Assembly: GCA_965248195.1 (NCBI GenBank)
Contig: CBDFIQ010000002.1
Location: forward strand, 320,001 to 384,000
Reading direction: 5' to 3'
Length of the DNA stretch: 64,000 bases
Origin: Longimicrobiales bacterium
GTDB lineage: Bacteria; Gemmatimonadota; Gemmatimonadetes; Longimicrobiales; Gaopeijiaceae
A program made the translations under genes and the position numbers. Positions within the stretch are counted from its first letter, which is position 1; each line of letters begins with the position of its first letter. Under the pieces are notes generated by a model that saw only the letters and a program-made list of their open reading frames with translations, was not told where the DNA came from and made no database searches. Positions 28,439 through 38,669 of the stretch are shown here, piece after piece.

Positions 28439-29316
28439 CGGTCACCCTGATCACTGGGGCGAGCACGGGGATCGGTGAAGCCACCGCGTTTCACTTTGCC
28501 CGTCTGGGCCATACGGTCTACGCCTCCATGCGGACGCCCGATGCTTCCGGCGGTGGGCTCCGACGTGCGGCGGAAGAGGAGGGGCTGGATCTGGAGCTCA
28601 TCGCGCTGGACGTCGACGACTCCGCGTCGGTGGCCTCCGCGGTCGGCTGCGTCCTCGAACGTTCCGGCCAGATCGACGTTCTCGTCAACAATGCCGGTGT
28701 CGGGAAGCTCACAAGCGTCGAGGAGGTGCCCGTCGAGGACGCCAAGGCCGTCTTCGAAACCAACGTCGTCGGGCCACTCCGGATGATGCAGGCCGTGCTT
28801 CCGGGAATGAGAGAGCGACGGAGCGGCACCATCGTGAACATCTCGTCGGTAGCGGGACGCATCGTGAGCGCCGGCCATGGCATCTATTCCGCGAGCAAGT
28901 ACGCCCTGGAAGCTTTGAGTGAGGCAGTCGCCATCGAGACGAGGCGGCTCGGGATCCGAGTCATCGTGATCGAGCCGGGGTTCATCGCGACGCCGATCCT
29001 CGATAAGGCTGGTGACATCGAGATCGGCGATGGGCCGTACGTCCCTCATTTGCGAAGGATGCAGGCGTTGTACAAACATGCGCGGGGTGGCGCGGAGCCC
29101 CCGAGCGTGGTCGCCGAGGTGATTGCCGACGCGCTCGACGACCCGAGTCCACGCTTTCGTTACCTCGCCGGGGAGCGTGCTCCACCCGTCCTCGATGGCC
29201 GCGCGCGAATGACCGACGAGGAGTGGATCGACTTGGGGCGAGAGATGACGGATGAGGAATACCGGGCCGAGAGTGGGCGGTGGTTTTCTCCGGAGGGGGG
29301 TGCAGAGACGCAATAG
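28435..29316 (+). CDS. Short-chain dehydrogenase/reductase
   Basis: TGASTGIG, NNAG, YSASK; ATGA overlap with msrA. Confidence 0.9.
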   Translation: MTVTLITGASTGIGEATAFHFARLGHTVYASMRTPDASGGGLRRAAEEEGLDLELIALDVDDSASVASAVGCVLERSGQIDVLVNNAGVGKLTSVEEVPVEDAKAVFETNVVGPLRMMQAVLPGMRERRSGTIVNISSVAGRIVSAGHGIYSASKYALEALSEAVAIETRRLGIRVIVIEPGFIATPILDKAGDIEIGDGPYVPHLRRMQALYKHARGGAEPPSVVAEVIADALDDPSPRFRYLAGERAPPVLDGRARMTDEEWIDLGREMTDEEYRAESGRWFSPEGGAETQ

Positions 29317-29328
29317 GCGGCGAGATCG

Positions 29329-32300
29329 TCACCGGGTTCCGTACCTGAGGAAAAGCACCGGTACCACCACCATGTTCAGCGCCAGGGACGTGAGGATCCC
29401 GCCCAGTACGACCACTGCCATCGGGCTCTGAATCTCGTTCCCGGGCTCCCCCCCTGAGAGCGCCAAAGGCAGGAGGGCTAGGCCCGCAGTCAGCGCCGTC
29501 ATCATGATCGGATTCAGCCGTTCCATCGAGCCCTGGATAACGGCATGGCGGAGTAGCGCTCCCTCGTAGAGCAGGTGGTTGTAGTGGCTCACCATCAGGA
29601 TCCCGTTCCTAACGGCGATCCCGAAGAGGGTGATGAACCCCACTAACGTCGCGACGTTGAGCACTCCCCCAGTCATCCACACGGCGATAATTCCGCCTAC
29701 CAAGGCCAAAGGCAGGTTCACCATGACCAGGAGAACCTGGCGAACGGAGCCGAACTCGATGAAGAGAAGCAGGAAGATAGCCGCCAGGGACAGCAGACTC
29801 ATGAGTCCGATCGTGCGCGTGGCCCCGCTCGCGGATTCGAACTGGCCGCCGTATTCAATGTAGTACCCGGGGGGTAGATCGACCGCCGTCTGTACTCCTC
29901 TTTCGATGTCTTCCACTACACTCCCTACGTCCCGGCCCGCAACGTTGGACTGAACTACGATCATGCGCTGGACGTCCTCGCGTGAGATGGCGTTGGGGCC
30001 CATGTCGAAGCGAACATCGGCCAGAGATCCGAGGGTGACCTGAGAGCCGACGGGCGTGTCGATCCTCGCGCGGCGCACGGCTTCGAGGCTCCCCCGATAT
30101 TCAGGTGCGAACCGGACCACGAGATCGAAGGCCCGCTGGCCCTCCAATACTTGGGAGACTGCCTCCCCCGCGAAAGCGACGTCGATGGCATCGGCAAGAA
30201 ACGAGGGCGTCACCCCATAACGTGCCATGGCGGGCCGGCCCATATGCACCCTCACTTGGGGGACGTCCGCTTGCTGCTCCACGGCGACGTCTACTGTGCC
30301 CTCGACCGCCTGGATCACGGTTTCGATTTCCCTGGCCAGCGCTCGTAATTCGTACAGGTCGGGCCCGAAGAGCTTCACGGCGATGCTGGCCCGCGTTCCC
30401 GAGAGCATGTGATCGATCCGGTGGCCGATCGGCTGGCCTATCGTGATCTCCGTTCCCGGTACGGCGGCCAGGTTCGCACGCAACTCTTCCAGAACCGCGT
30501 CGTAGTCGTAGCCAGCCAACTCCAGCCGCGCATCGATCTCGGCGGCGTTTACCCCTTGGGCGTGCTCATCGAGCTCGGCTCTGCCTGTGCGGCGGGCGGT
30601 CTCTACGATCACCGGATGACCCAAAAGGGTCTGCTCAATCCGCCGTCCGAGGGCGTCGGACTCGTCGAGGGAGGTGCCGGGCACGGTGAGGGCACTGATC
30701 ACGAGCGAGCCTTCCTGGAACTCCGGAAGAAACGAACGGCCCAGGAACGGCAGGACGGCTAGCGACGCAACCGAGAGTACGGCGGCACCCGTCACGACGG
30801 GCCGTGGATGTTGGAGGATTCGCTCCAAAATCGTCGCGTAGAATCGCTTCAGCGTTCGCGCTACCCAGCTGTCCTCGTCCGTCTGCATCGCCCTCGACCG
30901 AGGCAGAAGGTAGGTGGAGAGAGCAGGAGTGACGGTGAGCGCGACGATGAGAGATGCCAGGATCGAGACGATGTACGCCAATCCCAGCGGCTGGAGCATG
31001 CGGCCCTCGACGCCAGAGAGAAAGAAGAGCGGCAGGAACACCACCATGATGATCAGGGTGGCGATGACGATGCTCGCTAGGATCTCCTTGGAGGCCCCGT
31101 ATGCCACTTCGCGAACGGGCCTGCGCTCGTCGGGCGCCCTATGTTGATTCTCCCGGAGGCGTCGGAACACGTTTTCCACCACGATCACTGCGTCGTCGAC
31201 CAGTGCGCCGATTGCGATGGCCATGCCGCCCAGCGTCATCGTGTTGATCGTGATGTCCATGAGCTTCAGCGCCAACACGGCCATGATCAGAGAGAGCGGG
31301 ATCGCCAGCACGGAAATGAAGGTGGTTCTGGCGCTCCATAGGAAGAGGAAGAGGATGACGACGACCAGGATCGCTCCGTCGCGAAGCGCCTCGATCACGT
31401 TGTCGACGGCTGTCTCGATGAAGTCGGCCTGCCGAAATATGCTCCGATTGATCTCCATGCCTGCGGGTAGGATCGACTCGATATCCGAAAGCTCCTGGTC
31501 GATCCTCTGAGTGAGCTCGAGGGTGTTCGTGTCGGGTTGCTTTTGTACGGTCAGGATGACGGCCCGTTCGGCGTTGGCCGATCCTTCTCCGAGCCGGGTA
31601 GCGGCTCCGATCCGCACGTCGGCCACATCGCCGATCGTGACCGGCGTCGCTTCCCGCACCGCGACCACAGTCTGTGCGATATCGTCGAGGTGCTGAACCC
31701 GCCCGGTCCCACGGATGAGGTACTCCTGCCCCCGCTGCATGAACACACCACCCGAGGCGTTCACGTTGGAGCCTTCAGCCGCCTGCAAAACGTCCTGAAG
31801 ACTGACGTCGAAGGCGGCCAGCTTGGCTGGGCTGACCAGAACCTGATACTGTTTGACGTCCCCTCCCAGAGGAATCACTTGGGCCACGCCCGGGACCGCG
31901 AGCAGACGCCGTCGGATCGTCCAGTCGGCGACGGAACGCACATCCATGTCCGATACCGCACCTGTCCCAGTCACTGCGATCAACATGATCTCACCCATGA
32001 TGGACGAGATCGGGGCAAGGACAGGGGCACCCACGCTCTCAGGAAGCCCCGATGCTACGAGCTGGAGCTTCTCGTTCACGATCTGCCTGGCACGGAAGAT
32101 GTCAGTGCCCCAGTCGAACTCTACCCAGACAATGCTGATGCCCTGGGACGTGGAGGAGCGAACCCGGCGTACGCCGGTGGCGCCGTTTACGGCGGTTTCG
32201 ACCGGGAAAGTAACGAGGGTTTCCACCTCCTCGGGCGCCATCCCGTGTGCTTCGGTCAGCACGGTCACCGTGGGGGCAGTCAGATCCGGGAAGACGTCCA

Positions 32301-32409
32301 CGGGCATGCGGCCGGCCGTGATGGCTCCGGCGACCAGGAGCAGGGCAGCCGAGACCAACACGAAGAAGTGGTTGTCGATGGACCAGCGGATCAGGTTACC
32401 TAGCATCAT
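29329..32409 (-). CDS. CusA/CzcA-family heavy-metal RND transporter
   Basis: PVDVFPDL, NTMTLGGMAIAIGALVDDAVIVVEN, RRTGRAELDEHA, GFITLFGIAVRNG, RLNPIMMTA. Confidence 0.92.
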   Translation of the reverse strand: MMLGNLIRWSIDNHFFVLVSAALLLVAGAITAGRMPVDVFPDLTAPTVTVLTEAHGMAPEEVETLVTFPVETAVNGATGVRRVRSSTSQGISIVWVEFDWGTDIFRARQIVNEKLQLVASGLPESVGAPVLAPISSIMGEIMLIAVTGTGAVSDMDVRSVADWTIRRRLLAVPGVAQVIPLGGDVKQYQVLVSPAKLAAFDVSLQDVLQAAEGSNVNASGGVFMQRGQEYLIRGTGRVQHLDDIAQTVVAVREATPVTIGDVADVRIGAATRLGEGSANAERAVILTVQKQPDTNTLELTQRIDQELSDIESILPAGMEINRSIFRQADFIETAVDNVIEALRDGAILVVVILFLFLWSARTTFISVLAIPLSLIMAVLALKLMDITINTMTLGGMAIAIGALVDDAVIVVENVFRRLRENQHRAPDERRPVREVAYGASKEILASIVIATLIIMVVFLPLFFLSGVEGRMLQPLGLAYIVSILASLIVALTVTPALSTYLLPRSRAMQTDEDSWVARTLKRFYATILERILQHPRPVVTGAAVLSVASLAVLPFLGRSFLPEFQEGSLVISALTVPGTSLDESDALGRRIEQTLLGHPVIVETARRTGRAELDEHAQGVNAAEIDARLELAGYDYDAVLEELRANLAAVPGTEITIGQPIGHRIDHMLSGTRASIAVKLFGPDLYELRALAREIETVIQAVEGTVDVAVEQQADVPQVRVHMGRPAMARYGVTPSFLADAIDVAFAGEAVSQVLEGQRAFDLVVRFAPEYRGSLEAVRRARIDTPVGSQVTLGSLADVRFDMGPNAISREDVQRMIVVQSNVAGRDVGSVVEDIERGVQTAVDLPPGYYIEYGGQFESASGATRTIGLMSLLSLAAIFLLLFIEFGSVRQVLLVMVNLPLALVGGIIAVWMTGGVLNVATLVGFITLFGIAVRNGILMVSHYNHLLYEGALLRHAVIQGSMERLNPIMMTALTAGLALLPLALSGGEPGNEIQSPMAVVVLGGILTSLALNMVVVPVLFLRYGTR

Positions 32410-32416
32410 CGACGCC

Positions 32417-33937
32417 CTAGTGGCTGTGGCCGCCCGCAAAGGCGCCACCGGACAAGGAGGCGAGGCGAACCTGATAGGCGCCCACGGTCACGACCCTCTC
32501 CCCGAGGTTGAGCCCAGCCAGGATTTGGGTTCGAGTCCCGTCACGGGCACCCAGCGTAAGGGCCCGACGCACAAAGGTTTCACCACCGGTCTGTACGTAT
32601 GCCACTGCGGTTCCATTGTCATCGAGGATAGCGTTGTTGGGAACGGCTAACCCGTTCGCCACCCCCCCGATGGGCACGGTCGCCTGCGCCAACTGGCCGA
32701 AGGTGAAGGACCCTTTCGAGGACGCAACCTCGAAGACCACCGGCACGGTGCGAGTCTCCGGGCTCATGACGCTTCCGACCGATAGACGCCGGGAGGTCAC
32801 GAATACTTGGTCCGAGTCCTCCGTCGTAAACGTGGCCCGGGCTCCCTCGGGGACACTCGTCGCCGTCGAGGCCGACATCTGCACGCGGAGCCACGCTGTC
32901 GAAGGATCCACGATGGTAAAGAGGGGCTCGCCGGCCTCCACACGGCTGCCAGGCAGAAAGCTCCGCTCCGCGACTACCCCAGAGATCGGAGCTCGCAGGC
33001 TCAAGCTGTAGTCACCGGCCGTGCCCCCACCCATGGCGTCCAGTTCGGCGCGTGCGACCTCCAGGTCATGACGGGCTTCTTCGAGGCGCGTCCGGGAAAT
33101 CGCTCCGGCCTCGACAAGCCGCTCACTACGTTGGACTTCCCGCACCAGCCGCTCAACTCGGCCACGTGCCTGGGCAAAGCCGCCCTCCTGAGCGGTGGGC
33201 GCAAGAACAACCAGGATCTGTCCCTCCTGGACCGGTTCACCGACCGATGGAGCGTTGCGGTTCTTGTCGGCCGGTGCGATCCCGTCCACCAAGGCGCTCA
33301 CTTGGACGAGCGCCCCATCAGGGGGAACGATCTCGCCCGGCGCCGGGACGGTCCGTTGAACCTCGTGCTCCGCTGCCGGCTCCAGCGCAAATGGAATCAC
33401 CCACTGCTGCTCCTTCAGGAACGCGATCCCCCCATCCTCATCCGCATCCTCGATCGCGAGTGCCTCCTCGAGGCGGGAAAACACGGTGACCCCCGAAAGC
33501 ACATGCCGGCTGTTCACTTGCGGGCTGGCGAGGGAAAGTTCTACTCGGTAGGTACCGGCCTCCCCCACCAGTGGATCGAGGAGGAAGATCCCGTCCCGGG
33601 CCGGAGCCTCCAGCAGGAAGGTCTCGACCCGGTTCTCTTCGCTCCTGAAGGTGACGGTCAGGCGTCCTGAGCGAATTGGCTGGAAGTCCTCCATATGCGA
33701 GAGGTGAATCGCCCAATTTCCGGTTTGCTGCCCGGCAACGGGGTGGGGATATTCGAGGAAGAGTTCGGTGGAGTCGTTCCACTGGGTCACCACCACCACG
33801 CCGATCTCCGGTTCCTGGACGTCGGTATCGGGGCCACCACAGGAACTGCTCGCGAGGGTGAGTCCGGCCAGGATCGACGCTCCAACCCTTCCGTCCATCA
33901 TCATTCGGAGTACGGACCCAAGGCGTTTGGCGATCAT
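32417..33937 (-). CDS. RND periplasmic adaptor (CzcB-like)
   Basis: LRAPISGVV, ETRTVPV, C-terminal GHSH; Cys in SSSC is a possible lipobox. Confidence 0.88.
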   Translation of the reverse strand: MIAKRLGSVLRMMMDGRVGASILAGLTLASSSCGGPDTDVQEPEIGVVVVTQWNDSTELFLEYPHPVAGQQTGNWAIHLSHMEDFQPIRSGRLTVTFRSEENRVETFLLEAPARDGIFLLDPLVGEAGTYRVELSLASPQVNSRHVLSGVTVFSRLEEALAIEDADEDGGIAFLKEQQWVIPFALEPAAEHEVQRTVPAPGEIVPPDGALVQVSALVDGIAPADKNRNAPSVGEPVQEGQILVVLAPTAQEGGFAQARGRVERLVREVQRSERLVEAGAISRTRLEEARHDLEVARAELDAMGGGTAGDYSLSLRAPISGVVAERSFLPGSRVEAGEPLFTIVDPSTAWLRVQMSASTATSVPEGARATFTTEDSDQVFVTSRRLSVGSVMSPETRTVPVVFEVASSKGSFTFGQLAQATVPIGGVANGLAVPNNAILDDNGTAVAYVQTGGETFVRRALTLGARDGTRTQILAGLNLGERVVTVGAYQVRLASLSGGAFAGGHSH

Positions 33938-33982
33938 CGTCCAATCTCCGGCGAGGGGATCATCGTCCGATCTCCGGCGAGG
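33932..33982. repeat. Tandem duplication (26-bp period) of the TolC/adaptor junction
   Basis: gatcatcgtccaatctccggcgagg and gatcatcgtccgatctccggcgagg, one mismatch. Confidence 0.9.
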
Positions 33983-35258
33983 TGGTCTCAGCTTCGGGGC
34001 CGGCGTCGAATCCGCCCATGGCGCGCTCGAGGTCGTAGTACGCGATCCACAAATCGGACCGGAGCTTCGCCTCGGCGGAGTGAGCATCCCGAAGTGCCCG
34101 CGCGGCGTCCAGAAGCTCCACGAGCGCCATCTCACCAGCGTCGTACGCCACTTGGGCGATCTCCAAAAGGTCCGGATCCCCACCCAGGATGTCCTCCTCC
34201 AGAAGAGCGCTACGGAGTTGCAGGCTGCGATAGGACTCGATGGCTTTTCGCAGATCGGCCTGCACCTGCCGTCGAGTCAACTCGAGACGCTCCTCGGAAG
34301 CCCGGATCTGCGCCTCGCTGGTCGCCACGGCTCCGCCACGTCGATCGAAAAGGGGGAGGGGAACGGATAGACCGAGGAAGGCGCCACTGAAGCCGTCCGA
34401 CTGGCGCTTGTACCCACCGGTGGCCGTTATGTCCGGGATACGCTCCGCACGAGCCAGTCGGCTGCCGGCCCTGGCCGCCCCCACCTCCGCGTCGGCTGCA
34501 ACCAATTCGGGTCTCCGGTCGATCGCGCTCTCCAGGACGCGATCCAGGTCCAACTCGAGGGGCGGGACACCGAGTAGCTCCAGGGGGGCCACCCGGATCG
34601 TTTCCTCATTCCCCGACACCTCCCCGTCCGGGAAAATCAACAGAGCGAGGTCTCTTTGGGCGGCCGATGTGGCCAGTCCAGCCTCGGCGAGCAGATTCTC
34701 GTAGCGGACTCGCTCCACCCGGATTCGCTGTAGGCTGTAGAGCGAGATGTCCCCTTCGGCTTCCCGTATGGCGGCGTTTCGTGCACCCTGACGAAAGACC
34801 TCCGTAACTCGTTCGGTCATGGCGAGACGGTCCTCTGACAAGCCGGCTTCCACGTAGGCTCGCTTCACCTCGAAGAAGAGACTGGCGCTGTCGGCGCGCA
34901 CCCGCGCCCGAGCGGCTTCCAGGGCCCATCCCGCCGCGTCCGCGCGCGCGCGCCGCTCCCCAGGGAGTGGAAAGCGCTGGGCCAGGTTCACATACGTCTC
35001 AGAGTAGTTCAGGCCATCCCGGGACAGAGGCTCGTGCGTGACGGCTACCGCAGGGTTCGGGAACGCGTTTGCCTGACGCGCGACCTCCTCAGCCTCCGCT
35101 TCCCTAGTGTGGGCGAGGCGGAGGGCTGGATTGTTCTGTAAGAAGAGTTGGAGCGCTTCATCCAGACTTACTCGGCTCGGGGCCTCTTGCGCATGTATGG
35201 CGCCGGGCCATGAGCCGAGGGCGGCGGCCAGCAAGAGCATCTTGGTCGTGTGGTTCAC
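33960..35258 (-). CDS. TolC/CzcC-family outer-membrane efflux channel
   Basis: Signal peptide; SLDEAL...NPAL, RRPEL, LSVPLPLFDR, AYDAGEMALVELLDA; GTG start after GGAG. Confidence 0.88.
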   Translation of the reverse strand: MNHTTKMLLLAAALGSWPGAIHAQEAPSRVSLDEALQLFLQNNPALRLAHTREAEAEEVARQANAFPNPAVAVTHEPLSRDGLNYSETYVNLAQRFPLPGERRARADAAGWALEAARARVRADSASLFFEVKRAYVEAGLSEDRLAMTERVTEVFRQGARNAAIREAEGDISLYSLQRIRVERVRYENLLAEAGLATSAAQRDLALLIFPDGEVSGNEETIRVAPLELLGVPPLELDLDRVLESAIDRRPELVAADAEVGAARAGSRLARAERIPDITATGGYKRQSDGFSGAFLGLSVPLPLFDRRGGAVATSEAQIRASEERLELTRRQVQADLRKAIESYRSLQLRSALLEEDILGGDPDLLEIAQVAYDAGEMALVELLDAARALRDAHSAEAKLRSDLWIAYYDLERAMGGFDAGPEAETTSPEIGR

Positions 35259-35374
35259 AAGCGTTGCTCCGGAATTGTTGTGCCGGTTCAGCACCGCCTG
35301 GGTGGGCGGCAGCCGAAACGGCTCTGATCCAGGGATGTAGGGGTGGGTGTCCGGGCGCCGGCGGGCGCTCGGAA

Positions 35375-35710
35375 TCAGACGGGGAGAGGTGGGGCGCGTG
35401 GAGAGGCCGAGGGGGGAGCGCGTTCTCGAGGGAGGTCGAGCTCGCGGCGCACGACATCCAGTGCAATGACCACCGGAGGATCGGCGAGGGCGGTCGTTTC
35501 CGCGGGCACCGCTAGTGAGATTGGACCCGCAGGTATTCGGTCCGTCTGCTCGGTCAGGACGACCCCGTGGTCGTGGTGCTCGGGGGCGACCAACTGGTAG
35601 CTATCATCACCGGCCACTCTGTGGCTGTGGGATGGCAGGCCCGTTCCCAGTGCTCCGAGGATGAGGAGCAGAAGGCCGGACAACAGCCGTTGAGAGGGTG
35701 ATCGTCGCAT
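35375..35710 (-). CDS. Small exported His-rich leader protein with C-terminal RAPP motifs (DUF2946/CruR/CutF-like architecture)
   Basis: MRRSPSQRLLSGLLLLILGALG...SHSH...EHHDHG...RERAPPSASPRAPPLPV*, 116 nt upstream of the TolC gene. Confidence 0.75.
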   Translation of the reverse strand: MRRSPSQRLLSGLLLLILGALGTGLPSHSHRVAGDDSYQLVAPEHHDHGVVLTEQTDRIPAGPISLAVPAETTALADPPVVIALDVVRRELDLPRERAPPSASPRAPPLPV

Positions 35711-35769
35711 GGCGAGTATCATTATGGGCACGCCAGGCTGAGTCAAGCGGGGACCCATCCGCTCTGGAG

Positions 35770-36447
35770 TCAGCCTCCCGCCGAATCGCTGCTGGTGTCA
35801 TCCCCCATCTCGTGCTTGAATCCCATGTACCAGTGCGACCCGTCGCAGAAGGGTTTGTTGCGGGATCCACCGCAGCGGCAAAGAGCTTGGCGCTCACGGG
35901 AGTCGTACGCCTCGCCATCGCCCGCTTCCACTTGCAGACCGCGTACGCTGTAGGGCGCATCTTTTGCCACGGTGATACTAGGCCCCTCGGGGTGCTCGAC
36001 AGGCTCGGGAGAGCCTGGCATCGAGTAGCTCAGAGCCCCGGACGGGCACAAGCTCACCACCCGGATGATCTCGTCGGCCTCGGCTCCGTTTGGATCGATC
36101 CACGGCTCAACGCCCAACTTGAACACTGCACTCAGCTTATCCGTGCACACCCCGGCGTGGGCACAGCGGCTGCGATCGTCGTGAATCGTGACGCCCTCAG
36201 CCGCGTACTTCTGAGCTCGATCCGCTGCGGTGTCTTTGCTGGCAAACTCCTGACCGTTGAAGTTGTTGCTCTTGTGCGTCCCGTCGCAAAACGGTTTTCG
36301 GCTGGATCCCCCACAGCGACAGAGGGAATACGCCGGCGGAGCCTCGATGGCGCCGCCCTCGTGATCGAGGATCGGCACTCCTCCCTCCACCCGGTAGGGA
36401 CCGCCGGTCAGCACACGGATTTTCTGCTCGTTCGTCGCGTCAGCCAT
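35770..36447 (-). CDS. Tandem CDGSH iron-sulfur protein with a central divergent ferredoxin domain
   Basis: LCRCGGSSRKPFCDGTH, CAHAGVC...CPSGAL, LCRCGGSRNKPFCDGSH. Confidence 0.9.
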   Translation of the reverse strand: MADATNEQKIRVLTGGPYRVEGGVPILDHEGGAIEAPPAYSLCRCGGSSRKPFCDGTHKSNNFNGQEFASKDTAADRAQKYAAEGVTIHDDRSRCAHAGVCTDKLSAVFKLGVEPWIDPNGAEADEIIRVVSLCPSGALSYSMPGSPEPVEHPEGPSITVAKDAPYSVRGLQVEAGDGEAYDSRERQALCRCGGSRNKPFCDGSHWYMGFKHEMGDDTSSDSAGG

Positions 36448-36578
36448 TCTTCTGCTCCATGTACACCCCTGCCGTGGATAGTAGGAACCCAATCACAAGT
36501 GGCGGGACGGCACCCAGGCCGCCTTCCTCTTCTTCAACAATAGCGGCCCCGTCAACGCTTCGCGTAACTCGGCTCCCC

Positions 36579-36612
36579 AAGGGTGATCGAAGGGGGTCGT
36601 GCGATCACCCTT
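36579..36612. terminator. Stem-loop directly after the ABC transporter stop
   Basis: 11-bp inverted repeat aagggtgatcg/cgatcaccctt with 12-nt loop; no clear U-tract. Confidence 0.45.
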
Positions 36613-38361
36613 CTAGATCCTCGCCTGCACGGTGTAGAGTTGGTGGTAGCGCCCGTCGATTTCGATCAGCTCGTCATGGTGCCCACGCTCGACGATCTCG
36701 CCGTCTTCGATGACCAAGATGAGATCGGCCCGCTGAATGGTCGAGAGACGGTGGGCGATGACCACGGTCGTGCGATCCTGGAGAAGTCCACCCAGACTCT
36801 GCTGGATGAGCGCTTCGCTCTCCGTGTCGAGGCTGGACGTGGCTTCGTCGAGTAGCAGCACGCGTGGATCGGACAGTAGCGCCCGGGCGATGGTGACACG
36901 CTGGCGTTGGCCTCCCGACAACTTGACCCCCCGCTCACCGATGACCGTGTCGAGACCATCGGGGAAACGATCGGTGAACTCCGTGACGTAGGCCTGCTCG
37001 GCCGCATCCTGAAGCTCCGCGTCCGTGGCACCGGGCCGTGCGAAAAGAAGGTTTTCACGGATCGTGCCGTCGAAGAGGAAGTCGTCCTGCAGTACCAGGC
37101 CGAGTTGTGATCGGTAGCTCGACAGCTTTACCGTGGCCAGGTCGATGCCGTCCATCAGGACCCTGCCGGCATCCGGCGTAAGGAATGTCGCGGCCAGTCC
37201 GGCGAGCGTCGACTTACCCGATCCCGAGCTGCCTACGAGCGCGATGACCGTACCCGGCTCGGCGTCGAAGTTGATGCCGCGGAGCACGGGTTTGTCTTCT
37301 TCGTAGGCGAAGCTGACGTCCTCGAACACGAGATGCCCCTCGACGCTGGGCATCGTTCCGGTACGTCGGGGATCGTCGTCCTCGGCGGGCCAGGAGAGGA
37401 TCTCCGCCGTCCTATCGAGACCCGCGAACGCCTCCGTCATTTGGGTCCCGATGTTGGCCATCTGCACGATCGGTGCGATCAGAAATCCCATGAACAGCGT
37501 GAACGAGAAAAGATCGCCCAGCGTCATGGATCCCTGAAGGATCTGCCGGCCACCGTACCCCATGATGAGCACGCTCGCGGTGCCGATGAAAAACGTGCCG
37601 AGGCTCGTGACGGTGCTCGACGTGGTCAGCGTCTGCTTGACGTTCTGGAAGATGCGCAGCACCCCGGCCTCGAAGATCTCGCCCTCCTTCTCGATCGCAT
37701 GAAAACCCTTGATGACGCGAATTCCCCCGAGGGCCTCCGTAAGCCGCCCTGTCACCTCCGCGCGCAGTTCGCCGCGTTCGCGGAACGCCGGACGCAGCGT
37801 CTGAAACGCCCGGATGGATACGAAGCCGAACAGCCCCAACGGGACGAGGACGAGAAGCGTCATCACGAAGTCGATGCGCGCGAGGAATGTGAACGCCACG
37901 ATCGCGGTGATGGTGCCCCCGACCAGTTGAACCAGGCCGGTGCCCACGAGATTACGGACCCCTTCGACATCGTTCATGATGCGGGAGACCAACTCTCCGG
38001 TTTTCACGCTGTCGAAAAATCGCACGGGCAGGGTGAGTACATGCCGCTGCACCTGGGAGCGGAGTTGGGCGATCAGGTGTTGCGCTTCGACGCTCAGGAG
38101 GAGCGTGAGCAGGTAGGCGGTACCCGCCTGAACGATTACGGCGACCACCAAGAGTCCCAGTAGCCTGAAGAGCAGGTCGAACTGACCCTGGCCGAGTACG
38201 TCGTCGACCAGGTACTTGGTCGAGGCCGGAAGCACCAGCCCGCTGAGCCGATTGAGAAGTATCAGGAGGAGGCCGAGCGCGATGAGTTTTCGGCGGGGCC
38301 AGATGATCTCTCGAAAGGCGTGCTGGAGGCTGTTCCCGGTGACTTTGGTACGCTTGGCCAA
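36613..38361 (-). CDS. ABC exporter, fused permease/ATPase
   Basis: GSSGSGKST, LSGGQRQR, LLLDEATSSLD, IAHRLST; TTG start. Confidence 0.92.
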   Translation of the reverse strand: MAKRTKVTGNSLQHAFREIIWPRRKLIALGLLLILLNRLSGLVLPASTKYLVDDVLGQGQFDLLFRLLGLLVVAVIVQAGTAYLLTLLLSVEAQHLIAQLRSQVQRHVLTLPVRFFDSVKTGELVSRIMNDVEGVRNLVGTGLVQLVGGTITAIVAFTFLARIDFVMTLLVLVPLGLFGFVSIRAFQTLRPAFRERGELRAEVTGRLTEALGGIRVIKGFHAIEKEGEIFEAGVLRIFQNVKQTLTTSSTVTSLGTFFIGTASVLIMGYGGRQILQGSMTLGDLFSFTLFMGFLIAPIVQMANIGTQMTEAFAGLDRTAEILSWPAEDDDPRRTGTMPSVEGHLVFEDVSFAYEEDKPVLRGINFDAEPGTVIALVGSSGSGKSTLAGLAATFLTPDAGRVLMDGIDLATVKLSSYRSQLGLVLQDDFLFDGTIRENLLFARPGATDAELQDAAEQAYVTEFTDRFPDGLDTVIGERGVKLSGGQRQRVTIARALLSDPRVLLLDEATSSLDTESEALIQQSLGGLLQDRTTVVIAHRLSTIQRADLILVIEDGEIVERGHHDELIEIDGRYHQLYTVQARI

Positions 38362-38669
38362 AAGCTTAGAATCCCGTGAGTAGTGTCACGCCACACGAAG
38401 GCAATGAATGATCGCGCACTTCATGCTCAGAGGTTATAGTCCTGTAGAATCATCATGTCGAGCGATCATGGAGATTTGATCGGCCAATCCTGGCGCATCC
38501 TCGGCTCGCCGTCTGGCGGCGGCCACACTGATCTCGGCTGTTCGCCGGGTCCAGCGGCGTCACGAGACGCGGTACCGGGAGCCCTCGTCGGTTCGGAGGC
38601 TTGTCGGGAATGCCACCGCAGAGATCCGGTAAGCCAATAGAGAGATTCACCCAAAGAAACGAAGATGAG

